The position numbers were made by a program, and so were the translations under genes. A stretch of 64,000 bases of DNA from an uncultured delta proteobacterium (GTDB taxonomy: Bacteria > Myxococcota_A > Polyangia > Palsa-1104), in contig CAWAWS010000039.1 of the NCBI GenBank assembly GCA_963785725.1, positions 544,001-608,000 of the forward strand, given 5' to 3'. The notes beneath the pieces are model-generated. The model did no database searches, had not been told where the DNA came from, and saw nothing but the letters and a program-made list of their open reading frames with translations. This document shows, in pieces, positions 1 through 9,898 of this stretch (position 1 is its first letter; the number at the start of each line of letters is the position of its first letter).

Positions 1-1278
1 CAGCGTGTCGTTGGCGATGGCAATGGCGTCGTCGAGGTCCTTGAACTTCGTGACCGACACGACCGGTCCGAAGATCTCCTCTTGGAACACGCGCATCTTG
101 TTGTTGCCGGCGAAGACGGTCGGCTTGACGTAATAGCCGTCCTTGAGCTCGCCCTCGTGAATCTGGCGCGCGCCGCCGGTCAGGACTTTGGCGCCCTCTT
201 TCTTGCCGATGTCCAGGTAGCTCAAGATCTTCTCGAGCTGATCGTTCGACGCCTGCGCGCCGATCATCGTCGACGCGTCGAGCGGATGGCCCATCTTGAT
301 CGCCTCGACGCGCTTCAAGGCCCGCTCCATGAACTTGTCGTAGATCGACTCGTGCACGAGCGCGCGCGACGGGCAGGTGCAGACTTCGCCCGAGTTGAGC
401 GCGAACATCGTGAAGCCTTCGAGCGCTTTGTCGAAGAAGGCGTCGTCTTCGCGCATGACGTCGGGGAAGAAGATGTTGGGCGATTTGCCGCCCAATTCGA
501 GGCTCACCGGGATCAAATTCTCCGACGCGTACTGCAGAATCAGGCGGCCCGTCGTGGTCTCGCCGGTGAAGGCGACCTTGGCCACGCGCGGGCTCGACGC
601 CAGCGGCTTGCCGGCTTCGGCGCCGAAGCCGTTGACGATGTTGAGCACGCCCGGCGGCAGCAAATCCGCGACCAGCTCGGCGAACACCAGCGCCGAGACC
701 GGCGTCTGCTCGGCCGGCTTCAAGACGACCGCGTTGCCGCCCGCCAGCGCCGGCGCCAGCTTCCACACCGCCATGAGCAGCGGGAAATTCCACGGAATGA
801 TCTGCCCGACGACGCCCAGCGGCTCCTTGAAGTGATACGCGACCGTGTCGTCATCGAGCTCCGACAGATGGCCCTCTTCGGCGCGCAGACAGCCGGCGAA
901 ATAGCGGAAGTGATCGACCGCCAGCGGCAGATCGGCGGCGCGGCTCTCGCGGATCGGCTTGCCGTTGTCGAGCGTCTCGATGGTCGCCATCCGCTCCAAG
1001 TTCGCCTCCAAGCGATCGGCGATCTTGTTGAGGATGTTGGCGCGCTCCGTCGGCGACGTGCGACCCCAAGCCGGCGCGGCCGCGTGCGCGGCGTCGAGCG
1101 CCTTGTCGACGTCGGCGGCGTTGGAGCGCTGCACTTCGCACAGCGTCTTGCCCGTCACCGGCGACGGATTCGTGAACGTCTGGCCCGTCTGCGACGGCAC
1201 GAACTTGCCGTTGATGAAGTTGCCGTAGCTCTTCTTGATCTCGGTGGTCTTCTGCGCCTGCTCGGTCGTGGTCGCCAT
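1..1278 (-). CDS. aldB: NAD-dependent aldehyde dehydrogenase (AldB/AcoD type), runs off window start
   Basis: Missing from the ORF track. Manual translation gives [26 protein letters not shown]...[29 protein letters not shown], with later [20 protein letters not shown] and EEIFGPV motifs. GGAGG RBS. Confidence 0.92.
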   Translation of the reverse strand, partial: MATTTEQAQKTTEIKKSYGNFINGKFVPSQTGQTFTNPSPVTGKTLCEVQRSNAADVDKALDAAHAAAPAWGRTSPTERANILNKIADRLEANLERMATIETLDNGKPIRESRAADLPLAVDHFRYFAGCLRAEEGHLSELDDDTVAYHFKEPLGVVGQIIPWNFPLLMAVWKLAPALAGGNAVVLKPAEQTPVSALVFAELVADLLPPGVLNIVNGFGAEAGKPLASSPRVAKVAFTGETTTGRLILQYASENLIPVSLELGGKSPNIFFPDVMREDDAFFDKALEGFTMFALNSGEVCTCPSRALVHESIYDKFMERALKRVEAIKMGHPLDASTMIGAQASNDQLEKILSYLDIGKKEGAKVLTGGARQIHEGELKDGYYVKPTVFAGNNKMRVFQEEIFGPVVSVTKFKDLDDAIAIANDTL

Positions 1279-1310
1279 GTTGAGCCTCCGTAGTCGGACA
1301 CCCGGCCATC

Positions 1311-1326
1311 GCAACGGGCGCGCCAG
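1311..1326 (-). promoter_or_regulatory. sigma-54 (-24/-12) promoter of aldB
   Basis: Minus strand CTGGCGCGCCCGTTGC: GG-N10-GC with TGGC and TTGC. Divergent from a GAFTGA activator. Confidence 0.8.
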
Positions 1327-1378
1327 ACGAAGCGGCCGCGCAACCCGCCGAAAATGCGGTGACGCGGCGGGTCGAACT

Positions 1379-1427
1379 CGTCCCGCGCGAGACAGCTGTG
1401 CGGGACAAATGTCCCGCGCGAAACAGC
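1379..1427. promoter_or_regulatory. tandem enhancer-binding-protein sites (UAS)
   Basis: GTCCCGCGCGARACAGC at 1380-1396 and 1411-1427, 31 bp apart. The second copy is TGT-N10-ACA. Confidence 0.65.
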
Positions 1428-1481
1428 GGCGACATCTTCTCGCTGGCGCATCGGCCGCGCGCGGGCTCTATACTTGGCGTC

Positions 1482-3506
1482 GTGAGCGTGATGCCGCCCA
1501 GCCGTCGCTCGACTCGCCCGATCGCGAGGCCGCCGGCCGAAACCGCCGAGCCGGCGCTGCGGGCCGCGAGCGGCGAGCCGGCGGTGCAGCTGGAGATCGA
1601 GCGCGAACGCGAGCGCTTGTGGTCGTCGCCGGCGGGGTCGTCGTCGGCGACGCCGTCGAAGATCGTGCGTGACGACGTGCGCGGCTCGTGGCTGCGCTCG
1701 CTCGCCGCCGGCGTCGACCCGACGTTGGCGCAAGCGCCGCGCGTCGCCGGCCGCGACGAATTGGAGGCGCTGCTGCGCCGGCGCGCCTGGTTCAGCGTCG
1801 TCGACGAGCTGTCGCATCGTTCGCCGCTGTCGCCGAGCGGTCGCGATCACGTGCTCACCATCTTCGACGTCGACGGCACGATGCTCGCCTGTCACGGCGA
1901 CCCGTGGGTGCAGGCGCAGCTGGGCGAGATCAACTTCACGCCCGGCGCCTCGTGGGCGGAACATGCCGTCGGCACGAACGGCCCGGGCACGGCGTTGGCG
2001 ATCGGCCGGCCCATCGAAGTCGTCGGCGCCGAGCATTTCTGTCGCGCTTGGCAGCCGTGGCACTGCGCGGCCGTGCCGCTGCGCGATCCGTCGTCGGGCC
2101 GCCTGCTCGGCGCCATCGACGTCTCCGGCGCTTGCGCCAACAGCCATCCGCACACGCTCGAGCTGGTGCGCGCGCTCGGCATCGCCATCGAGCGCACGTG
2201 GTGGGCCGAGAGCCTCGAGCGGCGCGGCGAGCTCATGCGCGCGTTCGTGGCCGAGCAGGGTCGGCGGCCGGGCGAGCGCCTCGCCGTCGTCGATGGCAAC
2301 GGCCTCGTCGTCGCCAGCTCGGCGGCCGCGGAGGACGGCGAATGGCGCGAAGGCGCCGTCGTCGCGGGCCTCGTCGACTACGGCGTGCTCGACGAAGCCG
2401 TGTTGGCGCGCATCGGCGCGTGCGGCGCCGAGCCCGTCGGCCATCGCGCGCTCACGATCGGCTGGATCATTCGGCTGCGCCCGGCGCCGCGCCCCGGTTC
2501 GGCGCACCCCGCGCAGCCGCCGCGACCGGCGCGTGCGGGCGCGACGCGCTACGCGTTCGCCGATCTCATCGGTCACAGCGCGCCTTTGCAAGCGGTGCGG
2601 CGGCTGGCCGAGACGGCGGCGAGCAACGATCTGCCGGTCCTCATCATCGGCGAATCGGGCGTCGGCAAGGAGGTCGTCGCGCAGGCGATTCACGCCGGCG
2701 GTGCGCGCGCGACGCGTCCGTTCGTGGCCGTCAATTGTGCGGCGCTGCCGCCCGAGCTGCTCGAGTCGGAGCTGTTCGGCTACGTCGCCGGCGCGTTCAC
2801 GGGCGCGCGTCGCGACGGCGCCGCCGGCCGCTTCGAGGCCGCGCACGGCGGCACCGTCTTCCTCGACGAGATTGGCGAGCTCTCGCACGGCGCGCAGGCC
2901 GCGCTGTTGCGCGTGTTGCAAGAGGGCGAGGTCACGCGCGTCGGCGCGACGACGCCGCGGCGCATCGACGTGCGCGTCATCGCGGCGACGCAGCGCAGCC
3001 CCGGCGAAGCGCTGGCCGAGGGTCGGCTGCGCAAAGACTTGTACTACCGCCTGGCTGTCTTGCCCTGCGAGCTGCCGCCGCTGCGCGCGCGTCACGAAGA
3101 TCTGCCGCTGCTCGTGCAACGCTTTCTGACCGACGCCGCGACGGAGCTGAGCCTGCCGTTGCCGCGCCTCGACGACGAGGTGCTGGCGATCTTCGCGCGC
3201 TACGATTGGCCCGGCAATGTCCGCGAGCTGAAGAACCTGATGCGCCGCTTGGTGGCCACGACGCCGGGGACCATCGGCCGCGCCGCGCTGCCCGCCGAGC
3301 TCGTCGCCGCCGCGCGCGCTCATGACGCGGACGACGACGGCAGCGGCGACGGCGGCCGCGATCGCCTCTTGGCCGCGCTGGCCTCGGCGCGCACGATCAG
3401 CGACGCCGCCCGCGCGCTCGGCATCGGCCGCAGCACGCTCTATCGCCAAATGACCCGCTACGGCCTCAAGTTGGGCCGCATGTTCGGCCCGCGCGACCGC
3501 CATTAG
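1482..3506 (+). CDS. sigma-54-dependent activator, GAF-AAA+-Fis HTH (AcoR-like)
   Basis: [15 protein letters not shown] motif, GESGVGKE Walker [22 protein letters not shown]-terminal [17 protein letters not shown]. Start chosen from TATACT 7 nt upstream. Confidence 0.9.
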   Translation: MSVMPPSRRSTRPIARPPAETAEPALRAASGEPAVQLEIERERERLWSSPAGSSSATPSKIVRDDVRGSWLRSLAAGVDPTLAQAPRVAGRDELEALLRRRAWFSVVDELSHRSPLSPSGRDHVLTIFDVDGTMLACHGDPWVQAQLGEINFTPGASWAEHAVGTNGPGTALAIGRPIEVVGAEHFCRAWQPWHCAAVPLRDPSSGRLLGAIDVSGACANSHPHTLELVRALGIAIERTWWAESLERRGELMRAFVAEQGRRPGERLAVVDGNGLVVASSAAAEDGEWREGAVVAGLVDYGVLDEAVLARIGACGAEPVGHRALTIGWIIRLRPAPRPGSAHPAQPPRPARAGATRYAFADLIGHSAPLQAVRRLAETAASNDLPVLIIGESGVGKEVVAQAIHAGGARATRPFVAVNCAALPPELLESELFGYVAGAFTGARRDGAAGRFEAAHGGTVFLDEIGELSHGAQAALLRVLQEGEVTRVGATTPRRIDVRVIAATQRSPGEALAEGRLRKDLYYRLAVLPCELPPLRARHEDLPLLVQRFLTDAATELSLPLPRLDDEVLAIFARYDWPGNVRELKNLMRRLVATTPGTIGRAALPAELVAAARAHDADDDGSGDGGRDRLLAALASARTISDAARALGIGRSTLYRQMTRYGLKLGRMFGPRDRH

Positions 3507-3562
3507 CAGCGCCGGTGCGCACGATCACCTCACGTCCGCTCGCGCCGGGCTATCGTGCGCGC

Positions 3563-4060
3563 ATGCTGCAGCGCCGGCTCGCGTCCTTGGCCCTCCTGTT
3601 GGTCGCCGCTTGCGGTGGCACCCATCGCACGCTGCCGACGACGACGTCGACGGACATGACCGTGTACGGCGTCAAGCCCGGCACGCCGCCGGCCAACCAT
3701 CGGCCCGTCGCCGCAGCCTGTCCGACGATGCCGACCGGCTCCGACTGTCGCATCGACAGTGACTGCAGCTCCACCGAGATCTGCGCCTGCGACGCCGATT
3801 CGCCTTCTGGCGACAACCGGTGCGTTGGCGGTCTTTGCCACCTCGACAGCGACTGCGGCAGCGGCGGCTATTGCTCGCCTTCACCCGACGTCTCCACCTG
3901 CGGGTCGTCGCTGTCCTCTACTGTCACCGGCTATTTCTGCCACACCGCGAACGACGTCTGTAACAACGACGACGACTGCACCACCGGCAGCTTCTGCGTG
4001 TACTCGCCCGAAGGGACGACTGGAGCGTGGTTCTGCGTCAGCCCCTTCTGCGCCGGCTAA
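3563..4060 (+). CDS. small cysteine-rich lipoprotein
   Basis: Lipobox VAAC and three C-x2-D-x-D-C repeats. Confidence 0.75.
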   Translation: MLQRRLASLALLLVAACGGTHRTLPTTTSTDMTVYGVKPGTPPANHRPVAAACPTMPTGSDCRIDSDCSSTEICACDADSPSGDNRCVGGLCHLDSDCGSGGYCSPSPDVSTCGSSLSSTVTGYFCHTANDVCNNDDDCTTGSFCVYSPEGTTGAWFCVSPFCAG

Positions 4061-4212
4061 GGCCCATACGGCGACGTCTGCCGTCGCCGCCGTGGCTCTT
4101 CGCGCCGCTGCTCGTGGCGGCCGGCTGCTCGCGGCGCGACCCGGGCGCGCGCTATCCGGCGCCCGTGCCGCCACGCACAGACACCGTCGCCGCGACGAGC
4201 TAGAGTCGCCGC

Positions 4213-5082
4213 GTGAGCGCGAAAGCCAAGCCGTTGCTGCGATTGACCGAACGCGTGCGGCTCGGCCGCTCCGCCGTCAAGGCGAGCCCGATCTGCCTCG
4301 GCGCCGTGCGCACGCCGGAGACGATTGAGGCCGCATACGACGCCGGCATTCGCTTCTTCTTCGTCACCGCCGACATGCACTGGCCCGTCTACGAACCGGT
4401 GCGCCGCGGTCTGCAAGCGCTCTTGCGCCGCGTGCCGCGCGACCGCGTCGTCGTCGCCGCGGTCACCTACGTCGCGCGCCGCGAGTTCTCCGCCGCGCCG
4501 TTCCTCGAGCTGCTGGAGGCGATCCCCGAGCTCGGCCACATCGACGTCTACGTCGTCGGCGGCGTCGGCATGGCCGATCTGCTGCCCCGGCTCGACATGG
4601 CGCGCACCCTGCAGCGCTCGGGGTTCGCCGGCGTTCGCGCCGTGGCGGCGTCGTTTCACGAGCGCGAGGCGGCCGCGTTCGCCGTCGAGCACCAGCTGGT
4701 CGACCTGGCGCTCGTCCGCTACAACGCCGGCCACGTGGGCGCGCGCCGCGATCTGTTTCCGCGCGTCGTGGCCACCAAATCGCCGCCGCCGCTCTACAAC
4801 TTCAAGAACATTCCGCCCCACATCGTCGACGACGCGAGCTGGAAGCGGCTGGCGCTGCGCGGTTATTGGCGACCGTCGCCGACCGACTTCTATCGCTTCG
4901 CGCTCTCGAGCACGCCGCTGGCCGGGCTCTTGTGCGCGCTCGAGACACCGGCCCACGTCGACGCGCTCACGACGGCGCTGCAGCAAGGTCCGCTCGACGA
5001 CGAAGAGCAGCAATATCTGATCGATCTCTGCCTGCTGGCGACCGGTCGCGCCGGGCTCGCCGGCCGCCGCAAACAGCGCTAA
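4213..5082 (+). CDS. atypical aldo/keto reductase-fold protein
   Basis: LGRSAVKASPICLG and AYDAGIRFF N-terminal motifs, SFH, VRYN, YRFALS. Catalytic positions look altered. Confidence 0.7.
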   Translation: MSAKAKPLLRLTERVRLGRSAVKASPICLGAVRTPETIEAAYDAGIRFFFVTADMHWPVYEPVRRGLQALLRRVPRDRVVVAAVTYVARREFSAAPFLELLEAIPELGHIDVYVVGGVGMADLLPRLDMARTLQRSGFAGVRAVAASFHEREAAAFAVEHQLVDLALVRYNAGHVGARRDLFPRVVATKSPPPLYNFKNIPPHIVDDASWKRLALRGYWRPSPTDFYRFALSSTPLAGLLCALETPAHVDALTTALQQGPLDDEEQQYLIDLCLLATGRAGLAGRRKQR

Positions 5083-6350
5083 CGCGGCGGCAGCGACGTG
5101 GCCAACAAGCGATCCCAGGCCGGCTCGATGCTGCCGGCGCCGGCCAAGAGCGCGAGGCCGACGCCGGTCGCGCCCGACAAGAGCGTGTCGTCGTCGGCGA
5201 AATCGTAGCGCTCGTCGTTGCCCGGCGCGGCCCACATTTGGTAGCCGCCGATGCCGCGGCCCGGTCGATGATCGGCGAGGACGCGGCCGTACCACCAGCG
5301 CGCGGCGTCGGCGAAGACGGGCTCGTTCGCCTGCTGCCACAAGCGGTGAAAGACGAGCGCCAAGCCGGCGCTGCCGTGGCATAGACCGCTGTCGTGCACG
5401 GCCAGCCGGCGAGCGGCGGCTTCGTCGCGACCGAGCGCGGCGGCGCGGCGTCCGAGCGTCAACGCCGCTTCGATCCACGCCGCTTCCTCGACGGCGTTGC
5501 CGGCGGCGAGCAAGGTCGCGGCGATGCCCGCGTCGCCGTAACACCAGCCGAGCCGCGCCGGCATGCGCTTGCCGTCGGCGATCCAGCACGGATAGGCCAA
5601 GACGCCGTCGTCCGCCTGACGCGCGAGCCAGCGCACGGCGCCGTCGAGCAGCGGGCGCGCCTCGGCGACCGCGATCTCGGCCGCGCAGGCGCCGGCGAGC
5701 ACGGCGATGACCGCGGGCACGCCGTGCGCGACGCCGCAGTTGTAGTAGCCGTTCGGATGAGCGGGCCGCGCCCACTCCGCCAGATGCCGCGGCGGCGTGT
5801 GCCAGGTGATGCCGCCGTCCCGCGCTTCGGCGCGCTCGGCCAGCCGCGCCACGACCGCCGCCACCAAGTCGCGACCGACGGCGCGGTTGACGCGCTCCAA
5901 GCCGTAGACGCCGATGCCGCACAAGCCGCTGACGAGGTCGTATTGCCCTTGCCACTCGCCCTGCGCGAGCCGCTCGACCACGCTCCGATCGATCGCCTCG
6001 TGGTCGTCGTCTTCGTCGGCGCCGGCGAAGCGACCGCGCATGTGCTGCGCGACCCAGGCCGTGCCCACGAATCCCGCCCACAACGTCGGATAGCTGTCGG
6101 TGGCGGCGAGCGCTTCGATGGCGCCGTCGAGCTGCGCGTCGGCGACGGCTTGCGCGGCCGCGTCGTCGTCGCGATGGGCGGCCAAATAGGCGAAAAAGAG
6201 CGCCCGTCCGGCGGCGCCGTCGAGCGTGCACGACAGCGCCGCCGGCGGCTCGCGCAGCGCCGCCGCCAGCTCGTCGACGACGCGGCGCGCGTGCGCGGCG
6301 GCGGCACCGACGAGGAGCGGCTGCCACGGTCGATGGGCGGCGGGATCCAT
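5079..6350 (-). CDS. lanC: lanthionine synthetase C-like cyclase (class I LanC)
   Basis: YDLVSGLCG, GVAHG (catalytic His), WCYG and LCHG (Zn ligands), LLSGATGVGLAL, C-terminal WD motif. Confidence 0.9.
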   Translation of the reverse strand: MDPAAHRPWQPLLVGAAAAHARRVVDELAAALREPPAALSCTLDGAAGRALFFAYLAAHRDDDAAAQAVADAQLDGAIEALAATDSYPTLWAGFVGTAWVAQHMRGRFAGADEDDDHEAIDRSVVERLAQGEWQGQYDLVSGLCGIGVYGLERVNRAVGRDLVAAVVARLAERAEARDGGITWHTPPRHLAEWARPAHPNGYYNCGVAHGVPAVIAVLAGACAAEIAVAEARPLLDGAVRWLARQADDGVLAYPCWIADGKRMPARLGWCYGDAGIAATLLAAGNAVEEAAWIEAALTLGRRAAALGRDEAAARRLAVHDSGLCHGSAGLALVFHRLWQQANEPVFADAARWWYGRVLADHRPGRGIGGYQMWAAPGNDERYDFADDDTLLSGATGVGLALLAGAGSIEPAWDRLLATSLPPR

Positions 6351-6578
6351 CGTCCCAGGCTAACGCAAACGACGCCGGCCGAGAGGGCGAATCAAACTAA
6401 AATGGCGACTGAAATCACAGTGTTGATGTCGAGCTGTGACCTGTTCGTCACGCCGTCGATCCATTCGGCTCGGCTTGGTGCTACGGTTGAGCTGGGCCTC
6501 ATGTTCGATGCGTCGCCGAGCTTGTTGCGGCATGACGGTGTGCCGCTGCCGGCCGTTTTTCTGGCAAACGGAGGAATC

Positions 6579-6911
6579 ATGCAGCCGATCCAGGTCAGCT
6601 ATCGTGGTCTCGACCCTTCACCCGCCTTGTCGGAGCTCATCGAAGCGGAAGCAGCACATCTGCGGCGACTGAATCACCGGATTCATTCGCTGCGCGTCGT
6701 CGTGGCCGCACCGCCGCACCATCAGCGTCACGGCAGCCCATTTCTCGTACGCGTCGAGCTGACGCTACCCGGCGCCGAGATCGTCGTCGACGGCGATCAT
6801 GATGTCGACGCCTATCAGGCCACGCGTCACGCCTTCGACACGCTGCGCCGACAGCTGACCACGATCCAAGAGCGACGCCAGGCCAAGCAGCGCGTCCACG
6901 CCGCTCGCTGA
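6579..6911 (+). CDS. HPF/RaiA family ribosome-associated protein
   Basis: MQPIQVSYRGLDPSPAL...RVELTLPG...DAYQATRHAFDTLRRQL. GGAGGA RBS. Confidence 0.85.
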   Translation: MQPIQVSYRGLDPSPALSELIEAEAAHLRRLNHRIHSLRVVVAAPPHHQRHGSPFLVRVELTLPGAEIVVDGDHDVDAYQATRHAFDTLRRQLTTIQERRQAKQRVHAAR

Positions 6912-6976
6912 TTCCTCGCTAACGTCCACCGCATCACCCCTGTTGCTTCCGGCCGCGGTCTTGTAAGACTACCGCG

Positions 6977-7972
6977 ATGCGCGTCCTACCTTTGACCCTG
7001 CTCGTCGCGTTCGTGTCTTGTGCGCACGAGTCCTCGCCTCGTCCCGTCGTCTCCGCGGCCGCGCCGGTTGCCGCGCGCATCGGCGACACCGACATCACGC
7101 TCGCCGAGGTCGACGACGGCGCCAAGAGCGAGATCTACGAAGCGCGCGCGCAGTCGCTGCACACGATCATCGACGAGCGCGTCGTGGCCGCGGCGGCGAA
7201 GGCGGCGGGCAAGCCGGTGCAAGGCTTCGTCGAGGCGATGGCTCAGGCGCGCGTGCCGGAGACGACGCCGGCCGAGGCCAAGCAGTTCTACGACGACAAC
7301 AAGGCGCGGCTGCCGGAGGAGTTGACCGGCAAGCCGTGGAGCGAAGTGGAGCCGGTCGTCATTCAAGGGTTGACCGGGCAAAAGCGGCAAGAGGCGACGC
7401 TGCTCATCATGAGCGAGCTGCGCGAAGCGGCGCACGTCAAGGTGCTGCTCGGCCCGCCGAAGATCGACGTCGCGGCGACGGGGCCGTCGCGCGGCGCGCC
7501 CAACGCCAAGGTGACGATCGTCGAATTCTCGGACTTTCAGTGTCCGTTTTGCGCGCGCACGCAGCCGGTCGTGCAGGAGCTGTTGAAGCGTTACGACGGC
7601 CAGGTTCGCGTCGTGTTCCGCGATTTCCCGCTCTCGTTCCACGGCGACGCGGCGAAGGCGGCCGAAGCCGGTCACTGCGCCGACGAGCTCGGTCGCTTCT
7701 GGCCGCTGCACGATTGGATGTTCGACCATCAGCACAACCTGTCGGTGGCCGAGCTCAAAGGCGCGGCGGCGCAGCTCGGCCTCGACAAGGACAAGTTCGA
7801 CCACTGCCTCGACTCCGGCCGCTACGCGCAGACCGTGTCGGCGAACCAAAAGGACGGCGAGAAAGCGGGCGTCACCGGCACGCCGGCGTTCTTCATCAAC
7901 GGCGCCGTCATCAAGGGCGCGCAGCCGTTCGACGAGTTCAAGACCCTCGTCGATCAGGCGCTGTCCAAATGA
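6977..7972 (+). CDS. DsbA-family thioredoxin-domain lipoprotein
   Basis: IVEFSDFQCPFC and GVTGTPAFFING. Signal peptide with FVSC. Confidence 0.88.
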   Translation: MRVLPLTLLVAFVSCAHESSPRPVVSAAAPVAARIGDTDITLAEVDDGAKSEIYEARAQSLHTIIDERVVAAAAKAAGKPVQGFVEAMAQARVPETTPAEAKQFYDDNKARLPEELTGKPWSEVEPVVIQGLTGQKRQEATLLIMSELREAAHVKVLLGPPKIDVAATGPSRGAPNAKVTIVEFSDFQCPFCARTQPVVQELLKRYDGQVRVVFRDFPLSFHGDAAKAAEAGHCADELGRFWPLHDWMFDHQHNLSVAELKGAAAQLGLDKDKFDHCLDSGRYAQTVSANQKDGEKAGVTGTPAFFINGAVIKGAQPFDEFKTLVDQALSK

Positions 7973-8892
7973 GGCGCGCGCTCGTCGCGGCGGCGCTGCT
8001 GACGGCGGCCGGCGTCGCGCACGCCGACGTCGTCGGCGAGACGCGCGCCGCCCTCGCGGCCGCGCGCTTCGACGACGCGCGCAAGATCGTCAGCGACGAG
8101 CGCGCGCACGGCGACACGCCGGCTGCGTTGGAGGCGCTGTCGTGGCTGGCGCGCGGCGAGCTCTTGGCCAAGCGGTTCGACGAGGCGCTGCGCGACGCCG
8201 AGCAGACGAAAGCGGCGGCGCTGAAGCTCTTGGCGACGCGACCGCTCGACGCCGAGCCGCGGCTGCCGATCGCGCTCGGCGCCGCCATCGAGGTCACGGC
8301 GCAAGCGCGCGCGGCCAAAGGCGAACGCGCGCAAGCCGTCGCGCAGCTGCAAGCCGAGCGCGAGCGTTACGCCAAGACCTCGATCGCGCTGCGCCTGCAG
8401 AAGAATCTCAACTTGTTGACATTGGAGGGCAAGACGGCGCCGCCGCTCGAGCGCGAGCCGCACTTCGGCGCGGTCGTGCCGTCGCTGGCGTCGCTGGCGG
8501 GCAAGCCGGTGCTCTTGTTCTTTTGGGCGCATTGGTGTCCCGACTGCAAGGCGATGGCGCCGGTGATCGCGCGGCTGCAGGCGGAATTCGCGTCGAGCGG
8601 CCTCGTCCTCATCGCGCCGACGCAGCTGTACGGCGCGGCCGGCGGCGGCGAAGAGGCGACGCCCGCCGTCGAAATGCCCTACATCGACGAGGTGCGCCGC
8701 TCGCGTTACGGCGCGCTCGGCGACGCGCCCGTTCCCGTCAGCGCCGCCAACTTCAGCAGCTACGGCGCCTCCAGCGTGCCGACGATCGTCGTCATCGACC
8801 GTGCCGGCAAAGTCGCGCTCTACCACCCGAGCAAAATGTCCTACGCCGAGCTGCGCTCCGCCCTCGTCGCCGCGACCAAGCCCGCGCCCTAA
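7969..8892 (+). CDS. secreted TlpA/ResA-like thiol-disulfide oxidoreductase with helical N-terminal domain
   Basis: ATGA overlap with the upstream gene, signal peptide ending AHA, FWAHWCPDC, VPTIVVIDRAGKV. Confidence 0.85.
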   Translation: MRRALVAAALLTAAGVAHADVVGETRAALAAARFDDARKIVSDERAHGDTPAALEALSWLARGELLAKRFDEALRDAEQTKAAALKLLATRPLDAEPRLPIALGAAIEVTAQARAAKGERAQAVAQLQAERERYAKTSIALRLQKNLNLLTLEGKTAPPLEREPHFGAVVPSLASLAGKPVLLFFWAHWCPDCKAMAPVIARLQAEFASSGLVLIAPTQLYGAAGGGEEATPAVEMPYIDEVRRSRYGALGDAPVPVSAANFSSYGASSVPTIVVIDRAGKVALYHPSKMSYAELRSALVAATKPAP

Positions 8893-8976
8893 ACTACAGC
8901 AGCGTTGCCGTAGTTTAGACGCGCGAATCGATTGACGATTCGGCGACGCATCGTAATGTACGTGCCGGAGGTTCTT

Positions 8977-9895
8977 TTGGTCGATTCGAGCCGGCAGCGT
9001 CTCACCCATCTCAAGCAGCTGGAAGCGGAGAGCATTCACATCATCCGCGAGGTGGCGGCCGAATTCGAGAAGCCGGTGATGCTCTATTCCATCGGCAAGG
9101 ACTCGTCGGTGCTGGTGCATCTCGCGATCAAGGCGTTCGCGCCGGCGCCGCTGCCGTTTCCGCTGATGCACATCGACACGACGTGGAAGTTTCGCGACAT
9201 GATCGCGTTTCGCGACCGCTTCGTGGCCGAGCACAAGCTCGAGCTCATCGTGCACACCAATCAGGACGGGCTGCGCGACAACGTCAATCCGTTCGATCAC
9301 GGCTCCGAGAAGTACACGTCGGTCATGAAGACGCAGGCGCTGGTGCAGGCGCTGACGCTGCACGGCTTCGACGCGGCCTTCGGCGGCGCGCGCCGCGACG
9401 AGGAGAAGTCGCGCGCCAAGGAGCGCATCTTCTCGTTCCGCGATCGTTTTCAGCAGTGGGATCCGAAGAATCAGCGGCCGGAGCTGTGGAACCTCTACAA
9501 CGCCAAGGTGATGAAGGGCGAGAGCATCCGCGCCTTTCCGCTGTCGAACTGGACCGAGCTCGACGTCTGGCAATACCTGTATCAAGAGCAAATTCCGATC
9601 GTGCCGCTCTATTACGCGGCCAAGCGGCGCGTGGTCGAGCGCGACGGCGCGCTCATCATGGTCGACGACGAGCGCATGCGGCTGCGCGCCGGCGAAGTGC
9701 CGACCGAGCGCATGATTCGCTTTCGCACGCTCGGCTGCTATCCGCTTGTCGGGCGCCATCGAGAGCTCGGCGACGACGCTGGCGGAGATCTTGAACGAGA
9801 TGTTGTCGACGCGCGTCTCCGAGCGGCAAGGGCGGCTCATCGACCACGATCAAGACGCCTCGATGGAGCGCAAGAAGCGCGAAGGATATTTCTAG
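8977..9895 (+). CDS. cysD: sulfate adenylyltransferase subunit 2, interrupted by one extra base near 9746
   Basis: [21 protein letters not shown] and RFRTLGCYP, then the +1 frame gives SGAIES...[28 protein letters not shown] start after GGAGG. Confidence 0.9.
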
Positions 9896-9898
9896 ACC

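Noticed and set aside
82..1293. 403-aa plus-strand ORF and the many other long antisense or alternate-frame ORFs (e.g. 16540-20091, 23412-26330)
   Set aside because: Shadow ORFs typical of high-GC DNA, overlapping genes with clear motifs.
6404..6451. CRP/FNR-like sites upstream of the HPF gene
   Set aside because: Only a half-site match (GGCGA-N6-TCACA) and a short GTGAC-N6-GTCAC palindrome. Too weak to call.
5394..6578. Long N-terminal extension of the HPF ORF
   Set aside because: It is antisense to lanC. The RBS supports a start at 6579.
9740..9752. Programmed ribosomal frameshift in cysD
   Set aside because: No slippery run or stimulator is visible, and similar single-base extras occur in unrelated genes.
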